From an uncultured Spirochaetales bacterium (GTDB taxonomy: Bacteria > Myxococcota_A > UBA9160 > SMWR01): DNA of 64,000 nt. Below, piece after piece: positions 8,827 to 17,844 of this stretch. Each line of letters begins with the position of its first letter. Position 1 is the stretch's first letter. The translations under genes were made by a program, and so were the position numbers. The DNA is taken from NCBI GenBank assembly GCA_964653555.1, contig CAZZFT010000005.1:12729-76728 (forward strand), read 5' to 3'. The notes below the pieces were generated by a model. The model worked only from the letters and a program-made list of their open reading frames with translations. It searched no databases and was not told the origin of the DNA.

Positions 8827-10853
8827 TACTGGCGCTCCCGGAAGAAGGTCACGATGCCCGGGATCGTGACGAGCACGGAGATCCCGAGCAGGGCCCAGGC
8901 GGGCCACACGATCGGGCGGTTCCACTCCTCGCGCCGCTCGGTGCGCAGCGTCGGGTCGACGTCCACGTACTTGCTGGCGGGGAGGCTGATGCCGGCGGGC
9001 TTCACGTTCTGGAGCCAGCCGTGGTAGAGGACGTAGTTCTCGCGGTGGAAGAGCTCGATCCAAGGCCGTTGCTTCTGCAGGATCGCGCGCATCTCGCGGA
9101 TCTTTGCCAGCCGCTCGGGCCCGTTGGGCATGTCCTTCATCGTGACGAAGAGCGCGTCGAAGCGCGGGTCCACGAAGTTCGAGGTGTTCGGGGCGCCGGG
9201 GTTCGTCGAGCTCGCGTTCGGCCCCCACAGCAGGAACAGGAAGTTCTCGGGGTCGGGATAGTCGGCGATCCAGCCCCACATGTAGATCTGGTAGGCGCCG
9301 TCGCGCACCTTGTCCTGGAATCGGTTGTAGTTGGTGGCATTGAGCTCGACGTCGAGGCCGATCCGCCGCCAAGCGTCCACGAAGAACTGATAGGTGAGGC
9401 GGCCGCGGGTCGAGGGATCGGGCGTGTCGAAGGACAAGCGAAGGGGTCGCTTCGTCCGTGGATCGATGCCGCCCTCGTAGCCCGCCTCGGCGAGCAGCGC
9501 CCGCGCGCGGTCGGGGTCGGGGGTCCGGAAGGGGTTCACGTAGTCCGGGTCGTAGCCGAAGATGCCCGGCGGGATCGGCGACTGGGCAGGCACGCCTCGG
9601 CCGTTCTGGAACACGCGGTCGAACTCGACCACGTCGACCGCGAGGCTCATCGCCTGGCGCAGCTTGCGGCCCCGATCGCCGGCGCGAGCTCCCACCACCG
9701 GGTCGTTCATGTTGAAGCCGATGTAGTAGATGTCGGGATCGACGCTCTTCTCCAGCTCCATTCCGCGCGCTTTCATGGCCGGCGAGAGCCTTCCCTCCTG
9801 CACCGCCCGGTCGAAGCTCTCCTGGATGATGGTCGAGGCGTCGTAGTAGCCCTGAAGGAACTTGTTGAAGGCCGGGATGTTCTCCTTCTCCATGCGGAAC
9901 TCGATTCGCTCCAGAAAGGGGAGCGGCTTCCCGACGTACTCCGGGCGCAGCAGCCCCGCCTCGGCGTCGCCCGGCTCGCCCTGGGAGGGGTAGACCGTGC
10001 CCGGCGCGCGCCAATCGGGGTGGAGCGTCCCGTACCAGTTGGGGTTGCGCTCGAGCACGATGCGGTTGTGCTTCTCGTAGCGGGTCAGCCGGAAGGGCCC
10101 CGTGGCGATCGGGTGCTCCTTGAAGAAGGGGCGGCCCTCCTCCCCGTCGTAGTAGTCCACCGCTTCCCAGGGCACGGGGGCGGTGAAGGGCATGGCGAAC
10201 CAGTAGAGCAGCTGGGGATAGGGCTCGTGCAGCACCACCTCCAGCTCGTAGGGACCGTGCACGACGATGCCCTCCACGCCCTCGGCGTCCGCGTACTGGC
10301 GGTCGATGCGCCGCTTGCCGAACTCCGGATCCGAGCTGCGCAGAGCGACCAGGCGATCGGCGAACTCCGCGAACCCGTCGATCTTGGAGAAGGTCGCGAC
10401 CACCGGACTGATCGTCTCGGGATCGGCGATCCGCATCAGCTGGAAGGCGACGTCCGAGGCCAGGATCTCGCGGTCGGTGGTCCCTGCGCCATCGCGCGCG
10501 AAGCAGGGGTCGCTCTCGAAGCGCATCCCGGGCCGCAGATGGAAACGGTACGAGTAGCGTCCGTCGGGGAGCGTCTGCTCCACCGGCACCGCCTCGGCCA
10601 GCCCGGGCATCAGCAGATAGGGGCGCTGGAGGTAGTGGTACTCGAGCAGCGTCTCGTAGATGTTGGCGAGGATGGTGTGGTCGGCGTAGTTGTAGCTGAC
10701 GGCCGGGTCGAGCGTCTTCGGCGGTCCGGGCAGATACGCGTAGCGCACCTTCACGCTGTCGGCGGAATCGGGATACGGGTTGTTGGTGCAGGACGCGATC
10801 TGGATCAGGGCGAGGAGAGCGATCGCTCCCCAGACCCGACGGCCGACCCTCAT
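8826..10853 (-). CDS. Family-5 peptide/nickel ABC substrate-binding lipoprotein with extra C-terminal TM helix
   Basis: From ATG 10853 the product reads MRVGRRVWGAIALLALIQIASC (lipobox). The body is typical of SBP_bac_5 (TLDPA...YNY...). The C-terminus PIVWPAWALLGISVLVTIPGIVTFFRERQ is hydrophobic. There is an ATGA overlap with the upstream gene. Confidence 0.9.
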   Translation of the reverse strand: MRVGRRVWGAIALLALIQIASCTNNPYPDSADSVKVRYAYLPGPPKTLDPAVSYNYADHTILANIYETLLEYHYLQRPYLLMPGLAEAVPVEQTLPDGRYSYRFHLRPGMRFESDPCFARDGAGTTDREILASDVAFQLMRIADPETISPVVATFSKIDGFAEFADRLVALRSSDPEFGKRRIDRQYADAEGVEGIVVHGPYELEVVLHEPYPQLLYWFAMPFTAPVPWEAVDYYDGEEGRPFFKEHPIATGPFRLTRYEKHNRIVLERNPNWYGTLHPDWRAPGTVYPSQGEPGDAEAGLLRPEYVGKPLPFLERIEFRMEKENIPAFNKFLQGYYDASTIIQESFDRAVQEGRLSPAMKARGMELEKSVDPDIYYIGFNMNDPVVGARAGDRGRKLRQAMSLAVDVVEFDRVFQNGRGVPAQSPIPPGIFGYDPDYVNPFRTPDPDRARALLAEAGYEGGIDPRTKRPLRLSFDTPDPSTRGRLTYQFFVDAWRRIGLDVELNATNYNRFQDKVRDGAYQIYMWGWIADYPDPENFLFLLWGPNASSTNPGAPNTSNFVDPRFDALFVTMKDMPNGPERLAKIREMRAILQKQRPWIELFHRENYVLYHGWLQNVKPAGISLPASKYVDVDPTLRTERREEWNRPIVWPAWALLGISVLVTIPGIVTFFRERQ

Positions 10854-11662
10854 CCCCCCTCCGCCGCGCCATCGCCGCCCGTCGGGTCGATCCCCTGCGG
10901 TACGCGCAAATGGAATGTATCGGGGGAATCCAGGGGATTCAGCTCCACACTGCGGAGCGTGAGCTCGGCCTGACCCGTGTCGCTGCGCACGGCGACGTTC
11001 CGCGCGAAGGGGGCGCCGTCGATCTCCACGTAGTCGTCGAAGCTCGCCTCCCAGCCGGATCGAGCCCCGTCGCCCTGCTGGGCGAGTCGGCGCAGCTCGC
11101 CGGAGGCGCCGAAGTCGACCACCCGTTGCACGTGTCCCTCGTCGTCGGCGAGCTCGATCCGGATCCGGTCGTCCACCTGGTAGGCGCCGGCGCGCACCAA
11201 CGCGGCCCCGGGATCCGGAACGCCCAGGATCACCTCGACCGCCTCGCGAGGGGAGAGGTCGAGCCTCGCCGTGTCCCACAAGAGCCCCTCGTAGACCGGG
11301 CCCTCTTCGTAGTGGCGCTCCTGTGTGTCGAGCACGGCGTAGCGATCCCCGTCGGTGACGAGCACCGCCAGCGTGGTGTCGAGGAATCCGAGCACCTCGA
11401 CGCGCAGACGAGCGGGCCGCTCGAGCCATAGCCGCTGACGGGTGCGCAGTGCGAGGTCGCGACCGGCGACGCCGGCGCCCGGCGCGTCGACCGCGAAGCG
11501 GGCCAGGGCGTAGAGGCCGTGCCGGCGCTCGGACTCGGCCCGCCACGCGGCCAGCAGGGCTTCGGGTCGGGGATCGCCCTTCGCGAGCGGCACCGCGGGC
11601 GCGAGGCCACGGCAGCCGCCGGCGATCGCGAGCAGTGCCAGGCACAGCGCCAGCCGCGGCAC
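10850..11662 (-). CDS. LolB-like / DUF4292-type outer-membrane lipoprotein
   Basis: From GTG 11662 the product reads VPRLALCLALLAIAGGC (lipobox), then ...LALRTRQRLWLERPARLRVEVLGFLDTTLAVLVTDGDRYAVLD, which resembles the LolB/DUF4292 fold. Pairing with a TPR lipoprotein gene is common for this family. Confidence 0.7.
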   Translation of the reverse strand: MPRLALCLALLAIAGGCRGLAPAVPLAKGDPRPEALLAAWRAESERRHGLYALARFAVDAPGAGVAGRDLALRTRQRLWLERPARLRVEVLGFLDTTLAVLVTDGDRYAVLDTQERHYEEGPVYEGLLWDTARLDLSPREAVEVILGVPDPGAALVRAGAYQVDDRIRIELADDEGHVQRVVDFGASGELRRLAQQGDGARSGWEASFDDYVEIDGAPFARNVAVRSDTGQAELTLRSVELNPLDSPDTFHLRVPQGIDPTGGDGAAEGG

Positions 11663-11664
11663 GC

Positions 11665-13428
11665 CTATTTGAGCTCGCGTCGCAGGGACTCCAGCTTCTT
11701 GCGCAGCTCCGGCTGCTCGTCGGGACGCGGTCCCATCAGCGCCGCCTCTTCGAAGTTGTCGAGGGCCAGGCGGCGCTCGTCGAGCAGCAGGTAGGCGTCG
11801 CCGATGTGCTCCGAGATCACCGGGTCGCCGCCCGTGAGCTCGTGGGCTCGCTCCAGCTTCTCGATCGCCTTGTTCAGCCACTTGCGCCCGGCCGCCAGGT
11901 CGCCCGCCTCGATCAGCGGTCGCGCGCGCATGTAGTAGACCCAGCCCAGGCTGTCGACGATGTACCCGTTGTCGGGGCGCAGCTCGATCGCGCGCTGGAT
12001 GTATTCCTCCGCCTGCTCGAGGTTCTCGCCTTGCTCCGCCCAGGAGTAGCCGATGTAGTTGAGCGCGTCCGCGTTCTCCGGATTCGCCGCGAGCGCGCGT
12101 CGCATGTAGGCGAGCGCCTCCTCCTTGCGGTCCGCCTCGCCGTAGACGACGCCGAGGTTGTAGAGGATCTCGTCGTCCTCGGGCTCCTTGTCGAGCATCG
12201 CCTGCAGGTAGGCGACGGCGCCGTCGAGATCGCCGATCTTCGCGCGCAGCGTGGCCGTATAGAGCTCGAGCTCGCGGGACGGCTCGGACTCCAGGGCGCT
12301 CTGGACGTCGGCGAGCGCCCGCTCGTATTCGCCGCGACGCTCGTAGATCGCGGCCAGCTGGGTGCGCGCCTCGGCGTAGTAGTCGTGATGGGAGGGCACG
12401 CGCTCGAAGGCAGCGATCGCCTCCGGCTCGCGCCCCAGGCGCCGCAGCGCCACCCCGTCGAAGAAGGCCACCTCGTACTCGCGCGGCAGCAGGGTGAGGA
12501 CGCGATCGAAGCGCGTCACCGCGTCCTCGAAGCGACGCGCCTCGTAGAGCAGGTAGCCGAGCCGCTCGACGGACTCGAGGTCGCTGGGGTAGCTCGCCTC
12601 CACGCGCTCGAGCGTGTCGATCGCCCCTTCGACGTCCTCGTCGTTGATCTGCACCTCGGCGAGCGCCAGCAGCGTCGAGTGGTCGTCCGGCGCCTGCTGG
12701 AGCATCTCGTGGTACACGCCGATGGCTCCCTCGCGGTCGCCCCGCTGACGCATGGACCGCGCGAGCGCGCCGTACACGCGCAGGTTGTCGGGATCCACCT
12801 CGAGGGATCGACGCAGCGCCTCCTCGGCCTCGAGCGGACGTCCGAGCTTCTCCAGGACGTTCGCCAGCGCGATCCAGCCGCGCAGCTCGTCGGGCTCGCG
12901 CTCGGTCATCCACTGCGCGGTCGCGAGACCGGCATCGAGGTCGTCGACCTCCAGGTAGAGCTGGTAGAGCAGCCAGGCCGACTGCTCGTCGAGGGGCGCG
13001 CCGTTCTCGTCGCGCAGCAGAGCCTCGGCCGCCTCCGTGTTCTGCTGGATCCGGTACAGCTGGGCGAGGAAGTTGCGCAGCTCGGGATCGTCGGGATCGA
13101 GCTCGCGCGCCCGACGGGCCTGTTCCACGGCGCGATCGAGCTCGCTGTTGCGCGCCAGCATCTCGGCCAGCAGCCGGTGCAGGTAGGCCGAGTCCGGGTC
13201 CTTGGCGATGGCGCGCTCCAGCGCCGCCATCGCCTCGACCGGCTGCCCGTCGGCCATGTGCTGGTGGAAGACCAGCACGTCGTACTCCGGCGGCGCCTCC
13301 GGTCGGATCTCGCGCCCCGGCCCCTCCGGTCGCCCCGCTCCGAGCCCCAGCCCGGCGCAGCCGGCCGTCCCCAGGGCGAGCAGGAGCCCGGCCAGCGCAT
13401 GGGACAGGATTCGGTTCCGGCGATTCAC
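11665..13428 (-). CDS. TPR-repeat lipoprotein
   Basis: This is the full track ORF. It begins MNRRNRILSHALAGLLLALGTAGC (lipobox) and is followed by more than 10 TPR-like repeats (A-x3-Y/F...A-x3-F/L...P). Confidence 0.85.
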   Translation of the reverse strand: MNRRNRILSHALAGLLLALGTAGCAGLGLGAGRPEGPGREIRPEAPPEYDVLVFHQHMADGQPVEAMAALERAIAKDPDSAYLHRLLAEMLARNSELDRAVEQARRARELDPDDPELRNFLAQLYRIQQNTEAAEALLRDENGAPLDEQSAWLLYQLYLEVDDLDAGLATAQWMTEREPDELRGWIALANVLEKLGRPLEAEEALRRSLEVDPDNLRVYGALARSMRQRGDREGAIGVYHEMLQQAPDDHSTLLALAEVQINDEDVEGAIDTLERVEASYPSDLESVERLGYLLYEARRFEDAVTRFDRVLTLLPREYEVAFFDGVALRRLGREPEAIAAFERVPSHHDYYAEARTQLAAIYERRGEYERALADVQSALESEPSRELELYTATLRAKIGDLDGAVAYLQAMLDKEPEDDEILYNLGVVYGEADRKEEALAYMRRALAANPENADALNYIGYSWAEQGENLEQAEEYIQRAIELRPDNGYIVDSLGWVYYMRARPLIEAGDLAAGRKWLNKAIEKLERAHELTGGDPVISEHIGDAYLLLDERRLALDNFEEAALMGPRPDEQPELRKKLESLRRELK

Positions 13429-13513
13429 GGCGTTGGCTCCCGAAGCGGGGTCGGAGCGAACCGGGCCGGATCGACCGTCCGCCCGGCCCGGCGTAGGGCG
13501 GGTCGGTGCGGCC

Positions 13514-14128
13514 TCAGTGCCGCCCCAGGTACCCCTGCCCTTCCAGATAGTCGATCAAGGCGGATACGCTCTCCTCCACCGACTGGGTGTTGGTGTCCAG
13601 CACCAGCTCGGGACGCTCGGGCGCCTCGTAGGGTGCCGAAATTCCGGTGAACTCGGGGATCTCGCCGGCGCGAGCCTTCTTGTACAGCCCCTTCACGTCG
13701 CGCCCCTCGCAGGTCTCGACGTCCGCTGCCACGTGCACCTCGACGAAGTCGCCCCCGTCCATGATCGCCCGCACCGCGTCGCGATCGGCCCGGTAGGGGG
13801 AGATGAAGGAGCTCATCACGATCACGCCCGCGTCGGTGAACAGCTTGGCGACCTCGCCGATGCGCCGGATGTTCTCAGTGCGGTCCTCGGGCGAGAATCC
13901 GAGGTTCTTGTTCAGACCGTGACGGATGTTGTCCCCGTCCAGCACGTAGGCGTGGCAGCCGCGCTTCATCAGCGCCTGCTCTGCGGCCACGGCGATCGTG
14001 GACTTCCCGGACCCTGAGAGGCCCGTCAGCCACACGGTGACACCCCGCTGGCCGAGCCGCTGCTCGCGGTCCTTCCGCGTCACCTGGCCCGAGTGCCAGG
14101 TGATGTTGGTTGCCTTCTGCTCGGTCAA
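13514..14128 (-). CDS. cysC: Adenylyl-sulfate (APS) kinase
   Basis: Motifs are [14 protein letters not shown] (P-loop), [16 protein letters not shown] and [12 protein letters not shown]. The start is a TTG preceded by GGGAGGGAG. Confidence 0.92.
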   Translation of the reverse strand: MTEQKATNITWHSGQVTRKDREQRLGQRGVTVWLTGLSGSGKSTIAVAAEQALMKRGCHAYVLDGDNIRHGLNKNLGFSPEDRTENIRRIGEVAKLFTDAGVIVMSSFISPYRADRDAVRAIMDGGDFVEVHVAADVETCEGRDVKGLYKKARAGEIPEFTGISAPYEAPERPELVLDTNTQSVEESVSALIDYLEGQGYLGRH

Positions 14129-14226
14129 AGAGATCTCCCTCCCGGGTTCGCGTTTCCGAAGTGGCTTCGGTCGAATGGCCCGCCGGCTGGAACGATTCGC
14201 GGGGTCCCGGCCGCGGAGGCGTCAGC

Positions 14227-15423
14227 TTAGCGCCGGTCGACGGCCCGGCCCGCGGCCCTCGCCGGTGCCCGGTCGCGGGCCGCGGCGACCTCTTCGGAGA
14301 CCCGCGCGCAGGCGGCATCGATCTGCTCCTCGTCGTTCGAGCGGCCGATTCCGAAGCGAAGCGCGGAGCGGACGCGCTCCGGGTCGAGTCCGAGCGCGCG
14401 CAGCACATGGCTCGGCTCGCCCCGGGCCGAGGCGCAGGCAGACCCCGTGGAGAGCGCCACGTCGGGGAGCGCCGATAGCAGGGCGTCGGCGCGGACCCCT
14501 TCGAAGGAGACGTTCAGATTGCCGGGCAGCCGGCGGTCCAGGTCGCCGTTGACCGCCACGCCCGGCAGCCGGTCGCGCAGGCCCGCCAGCAGCCGGTCGC
14601 GCAGGCCGCGCACTCGCTTCGCCTCGGCAGCGAGGTCCTCGAGGCAGAGTGTGACGGCGCGGGCGAAGCCCACGCAGAGCGGCACGGGCAGCGTGCCCGA
14701 GCGGAGGCCGCGCTCGTGCCCGCCGCCGTGCAGCAGAGGCTCCAGCCGCAGCCTGGGGGGCCCGCGGCGCACGTAGAGCGCGCCCACCCCTTTGGGTCCG
14801 TAGAGCTTGTGGGCGCAGAAAGCGAGCAGGTCGACGCCCGCCGCGCGGACCTCGATCGGCACCTTGCCCACGGCCTGGGCGGCGTCGCTGTGGAACGGGA
14901 CGCCCGCCTCGCGGCACACGGCGGCGATCTCGGGGATCGGCTGCAGCGTTCCGATCTCGCTGTTCGCCGCCGCGATCGACACCAAAGCGGTGCGCGGGGT
15001 GATCGCCGCCCGCACCGCCTCGGGATCGACCAGACCTCCGGCGTCGACGGGCAGCTCGGTCACGGCGAAGCCCTCGGCCCGAAGGGCGCGGCAGGTATCG
15101 AGCACCGCGGGATGCTCGATCGCGCTGGTCACGAGATGGTCGCAGCGACCGCGCCCCGCCCGGGCGATGCCGGCGATCGCGAGGTTGTCGCTCTCCGTGG
15201 TGCCGCTGGTGAAGACGATCTCGCGCGGATCCGACGCGCCGATCGCCGCGGCGAGCTGCTCGCGCGCCTCCTCGACGGCGGCCTGGGCCCGCCAGCCGTA
15301 CACGTGGGAGGCGCTCGAGGGGTTGCCGAAGTCCTCACTCCAGTACGGCTCCATCGCGCGCACCACCCGAGGGTCCACGGGGGTGGTGGCGTGGTGGTCG
15401 AGGTAGATCGGGGGCTGGGGCAT
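14227..15423 (-). CDS. iscS: Cysteine desulfurase (IscS/NifS type, class V aminotransferase)
   Basis: From ATG 15423 the product reads [15 protein letters not shown]...TSGTTESDN...SAIEH...AHKLYGPKG (PLP Lys)...LSTGSACAS (active-site Cys loop). Confidence 0.9.
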   Translation of the reverse strand: MPQPPIYLDHHATTPVDPRVVRAMEPYWSEDFGNPSSASHVYGWRAQAAVEEAREQLAAAIGASDPREIVFTSGTTESDNLAIAGIARAGRGRCDHLVTSAIEHPAVLDTCRALRAEGFAVTELPVDAGGLVDPEAVRAAITPRTALVSIAAANSEIGTLQPIPEIAAVCREAGVPFHSDAAQAVGKVPIEVRAAGVDLLAFCAHKLYGPKGVGALYVRRGPPRLRLEPLLHGGGHERGLRSGTLPVPLCVGFARAVTLCLEDLAAEAKRVRGLRDRLLAGLRDRLPGVAVNGDLDRRLPGNLNVSFEGVRADALLSALPDVALSTGSACASARGEPSHVLRALGLDPERVRSALRFGIGRSNDEEQIDAACARVSEEVAAARDRAPARAAGRAVDRR

Positions 15424-15515
15424 CCGGCCACTCCGGGGGCCGATCGGGCCCGTCGGCCGTCCCCTGGACTTCGCCGGCCCGCGGCTCGCTGTGCGCGGCC
15501 TCGGGCCGCTCGCGG

Positions 15516-15848
15516 TCACGCGGAGAAGGACTCCCCGCAGCCGCAGGTGGAGGAGGCGTTCGGATTCTTCATCTTGAAGCCCGACTCCTGGAGCGTATCG
15601 ACGAAGTCGAGCGTGGTGCCGGCCAGGTAGAGGGCGCTCTTCTCGTCCAGGATCACGCGCACCCCGTTCACCTCGATCTGCGTGTCGACGTCGCGTACCT
15701 GGTCGTCGAAGGCCAGCTCGTAGCGCAGCCCGGAGCAGCCGCCGCCCACCACCTTCATGCGCAGGCCGTGGGTCTCCGCCTTTCCATCCTTGTCGAGCAG
15801 CTCGCGGATCCGCTGGGCAGCCGGCGCGGTGACTTCGATCAAGGGCAT
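15516..15848 (-). CDS. iscA: Iron-sulfur cluster insertion protein (IscA/ErpA/HesB family)
   Basis: Motifs are [18 protein letters not shown] and the C-terminal CGCGESF, the three conserved Cys of A-type carriers. Confidence 0.9.
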   Translation of the reverse strand: MPLIEVTAPAAQRIRELLDKDGKAETHGLRMKVVGGGCSGLRYELAFDDQVRDVDTQIEVNGVRVILDEKSALYLAGTTLDFVDTLQESGFKMKNPNASSTCGCGESFSA

Positions 15849-15903
15849 ACTGTACTCCTGAGTCCAAATTGCTCGCAGAACATAAGACCGATCTCCCCGG
15901 TGA

Positions 15904-16659
15904 TCAAGGCGCCCCGCCGCCGGGCGGGTGGACCGGCGAGCAGAGCAGGAAGATCTCGCGATTGCCCTTCGGCCCGGGCAGGCGGCTGTCGTGGCGGCCG
16001 ACCTCCCGAAAGCCCAGCTGGGCCGCCTCGGCGGACACCGCGTCGGCGGCGGCGGTGCGCAGCGCGTCGTCGCGGACCACCCCTCCCTTGCCGACTCGCT
16101 CGGGTCCGACCTCGAACTGCGGCTTCACCAGGAGCAGCCACGTGGCCTCGGGCGCGCAGCGCGCCAGCGCGGGCAGCAGCAGGCGCAGGGAGATGAAGGA
16201 GACGTCGGCGGTGACCAGGGAGACGGGCTCCAGCAGAGCCTCGGGCTCGAGGTGGCGGGCGTTGGTGCGCTCGAGCACGACCACGCGGGGATCGGCGCGC
16301 AGACGCGCGTCGAGCTGGCCGTAGCCCACGTCCACCGCCACCACCGAGCGCGCGCCGCGCTGGAGCAGGCAGTCGGTGAAGCCTCCGGTCGACGCTCCGA
16401 CGTCGAGGCAGGCGCGACCGGCGACCGGGACGGCGAGATCGTCCAGCGCTCCGGCCAGCTTCTCGCCACCCCGTGACGCGAAGCGCCGCGTCTCTCCGCG
16501 CAGGCGGATCGCCGCCTCGTCGCGCACGCGGGATCCCGGCTTCTCGTGGGGCACGTCGTCGACCAGCACGCGGCCGCTGCGGATCAGGGCCTGAGCGCGG
16601 GTGCGCGACTCGGCGAGTCCGTCGCGCACGAGACGCTCGTCCAGACGCAGCGATGTCAC
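15904..16659 (-). CDS. tlyA: TlyA-family rRNA 2'-O-methyltransferase (S4 domain plus FtsJ-like)
   Basis: The product reads VTSLRLDERLVRDGLAESRTRAQALIRSGRVLVD (S4), SRGGEKL and CLDVGASTGGFTDCLLQRGA (SAM site). The GTG start forms a GTGA overlap at 16656-16659. Confidence 0.88.
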   Translation of the reverse strand: MTSLRLDERLVRDGLAESRTRAQALIRSGRVLVDDVPHEKPGSRVRDEAAIRLRGETRRFASRGGEKLAGALDDLAVPVAGRACLDVGASTGGFTDCLLQRGARSVVAVDVGYGQLDARLRADPRVVVLERTNARHLEPEALLEPVSLVTADVSFISLRLLLPALARCAPEATWLLLVKPQFEVGPERVGKGGVVRDDALRTAAADAVSAEAAQLGFREVGRHDSRLPGPKGNREIFLLCSPVHPPGGGAP

Positions 16660-17501
16660 CGATCGCGCGTCACGGCGTACCGGAGCAGCGCGCGCAGCGG
16701 CTCGCCGGCCGCGCCCAGGGATGCGAGCTCGTCCAGCGCCTCGGCCAGCAGCGCCTGGGCGCGTGCGCGCGCGCCGTCGAGGCCCAGCACGCGCACCAGC
16801 GAGCAGCCCTCGTCCTCGTCGGCGTCGAGCAGGTCGTCTGCGATCTGGAACGCGATGCCCGCCGCGCGGCCGGCCGCCGCCAGGCGGGCGAGCACGGGCT
16901 CGCCGGCTCCGGCGAGGCGCGCCCCGGCGACGATCGAGACCGCGATCAGCGCCGCCGACTTGCGGGCGTGCACACTCTCCACCTGCGCGGCGTCGCCCGC
17001 GGCCGCACCGAGGTCGTCCACCTGGCCTCCGACCAGGCCCGCGGCGCCGGCCGCGTGAGCGAGATCGCGCACCGCGGCCAGACGCTGGGCGCTGTCGCCG
17101 GGCCCGGCGTCGGCCACCAGAGCGGCGAAGGCGGCGGTGAGCAGCGCGTCTCCGGCCAGCACGGCGGTGGCCTCGTCGAAGGCGACGTGTACGGTCGGGC
17201 GGCCGCGCCGCAGGGCATCGTCGTCCATGCAAGGCAGGTCGTCGTGGACCAGCGAGTAGGTGTGGACCAGCTCGACGGCGACGGCCGCCGGCAGGGCGAT
17301 CTCCGGCTGTCCTCCGACAGCCTCGGCGCCGGCGAGCGCCAGCGCCGGACGCAGGCGCTTTCCGCCCGGGAACACCAGGTGCCGCATCGCGGCGTGCAGC
17401 CGCGCGGGGGGCTCCGACGCCTTCGGCAGCGCGGCGTCGAGCGCCCGCTCGATGCGCGGCGCCCAGGTCTCGAGGTAGGCCAGCGCGTCCACCGATCTCA
17501 C
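16656..17501 (-). CDS. ispA: Polyprenyl (farnesyl/geranyl) diphosphate synthase
   Basis: The first DDxxD motif is LVHDDLPCMDDDALRRG and the second is FQIADDLLD. There is a GTGA overlap with xseB. Confidence 0.9.
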   Translation of the reverse strand: MRSVDALAYLETWAPRIERALDAALPKASEPPARLHAAMRHLVFPGGKRLRPALALAGAEAVGGQPEIALPAAVAVELVHTYSLVHDDLPCMDDDALRRGRPTVHVAFDEATAVLAGDALLTAAFAALVADAGPGDSAQRLAAVRDLAHAAGAAGLVGGQVDDLGAAAGDAAQVESVHARKSAALIAVSIVAGARLAGAGEPVLARLAAAGRAAGIAFQIADDLLDADEDEGCSLVRVLGLDGARARAQALLAEALDELASLGAAGEPLRALLRYAVTRDR

Positions 17502-17770
17502 TCCTCGGAGCCCGGATCACCTTCGAAGGCGCGCAGGGCGAAGCCACCCCCCTCGCGCACCAGCTCGTCGATCCGACCCTCCGCCCGGTCGAGCAGCTCG
17601 GCGCAGCGCCGACACAGCGCGACGCCCCGCTCGAACGTGGCGAGCGCCTGCTCGAGCGCAAGCTCGCCTCCCTCGAGCCGGTCGACCAGCACCTCGAGCT
17701 CGTCGAGGGCGCCCTCGAAAGCGAGGTCCGCGACGGAATCGCCGCGCGCGGCGTCGGCGGGCTCACTCAC
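17498..17770 (-). CDS. xseB: Exodeoxyribonuclease VII small subunit
   Basis: It is 90 aa, with FEGALDELEVLVDRLEGGELALEQALATFERGVAL, the typical XseB helical hairpin. It sits between xseA and ispA. Confidence 0.85.
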   Translation of the reverse strand: MSEPADAARGDSVADLAFEGALDELEVLVDRLEGGELALEQALATFERGVALCRRCAELLDRAEGRIDELVREGGGFALRAFEGDPGSEE

Positions 17771-17844
17771 GCGCGCACTCTAGCAAGAAGGCCGGCTCCA
17801 GAGTCGGCCGACGCGCAGCGAGGCGAAGGCGGGCTCCTGCCGAG

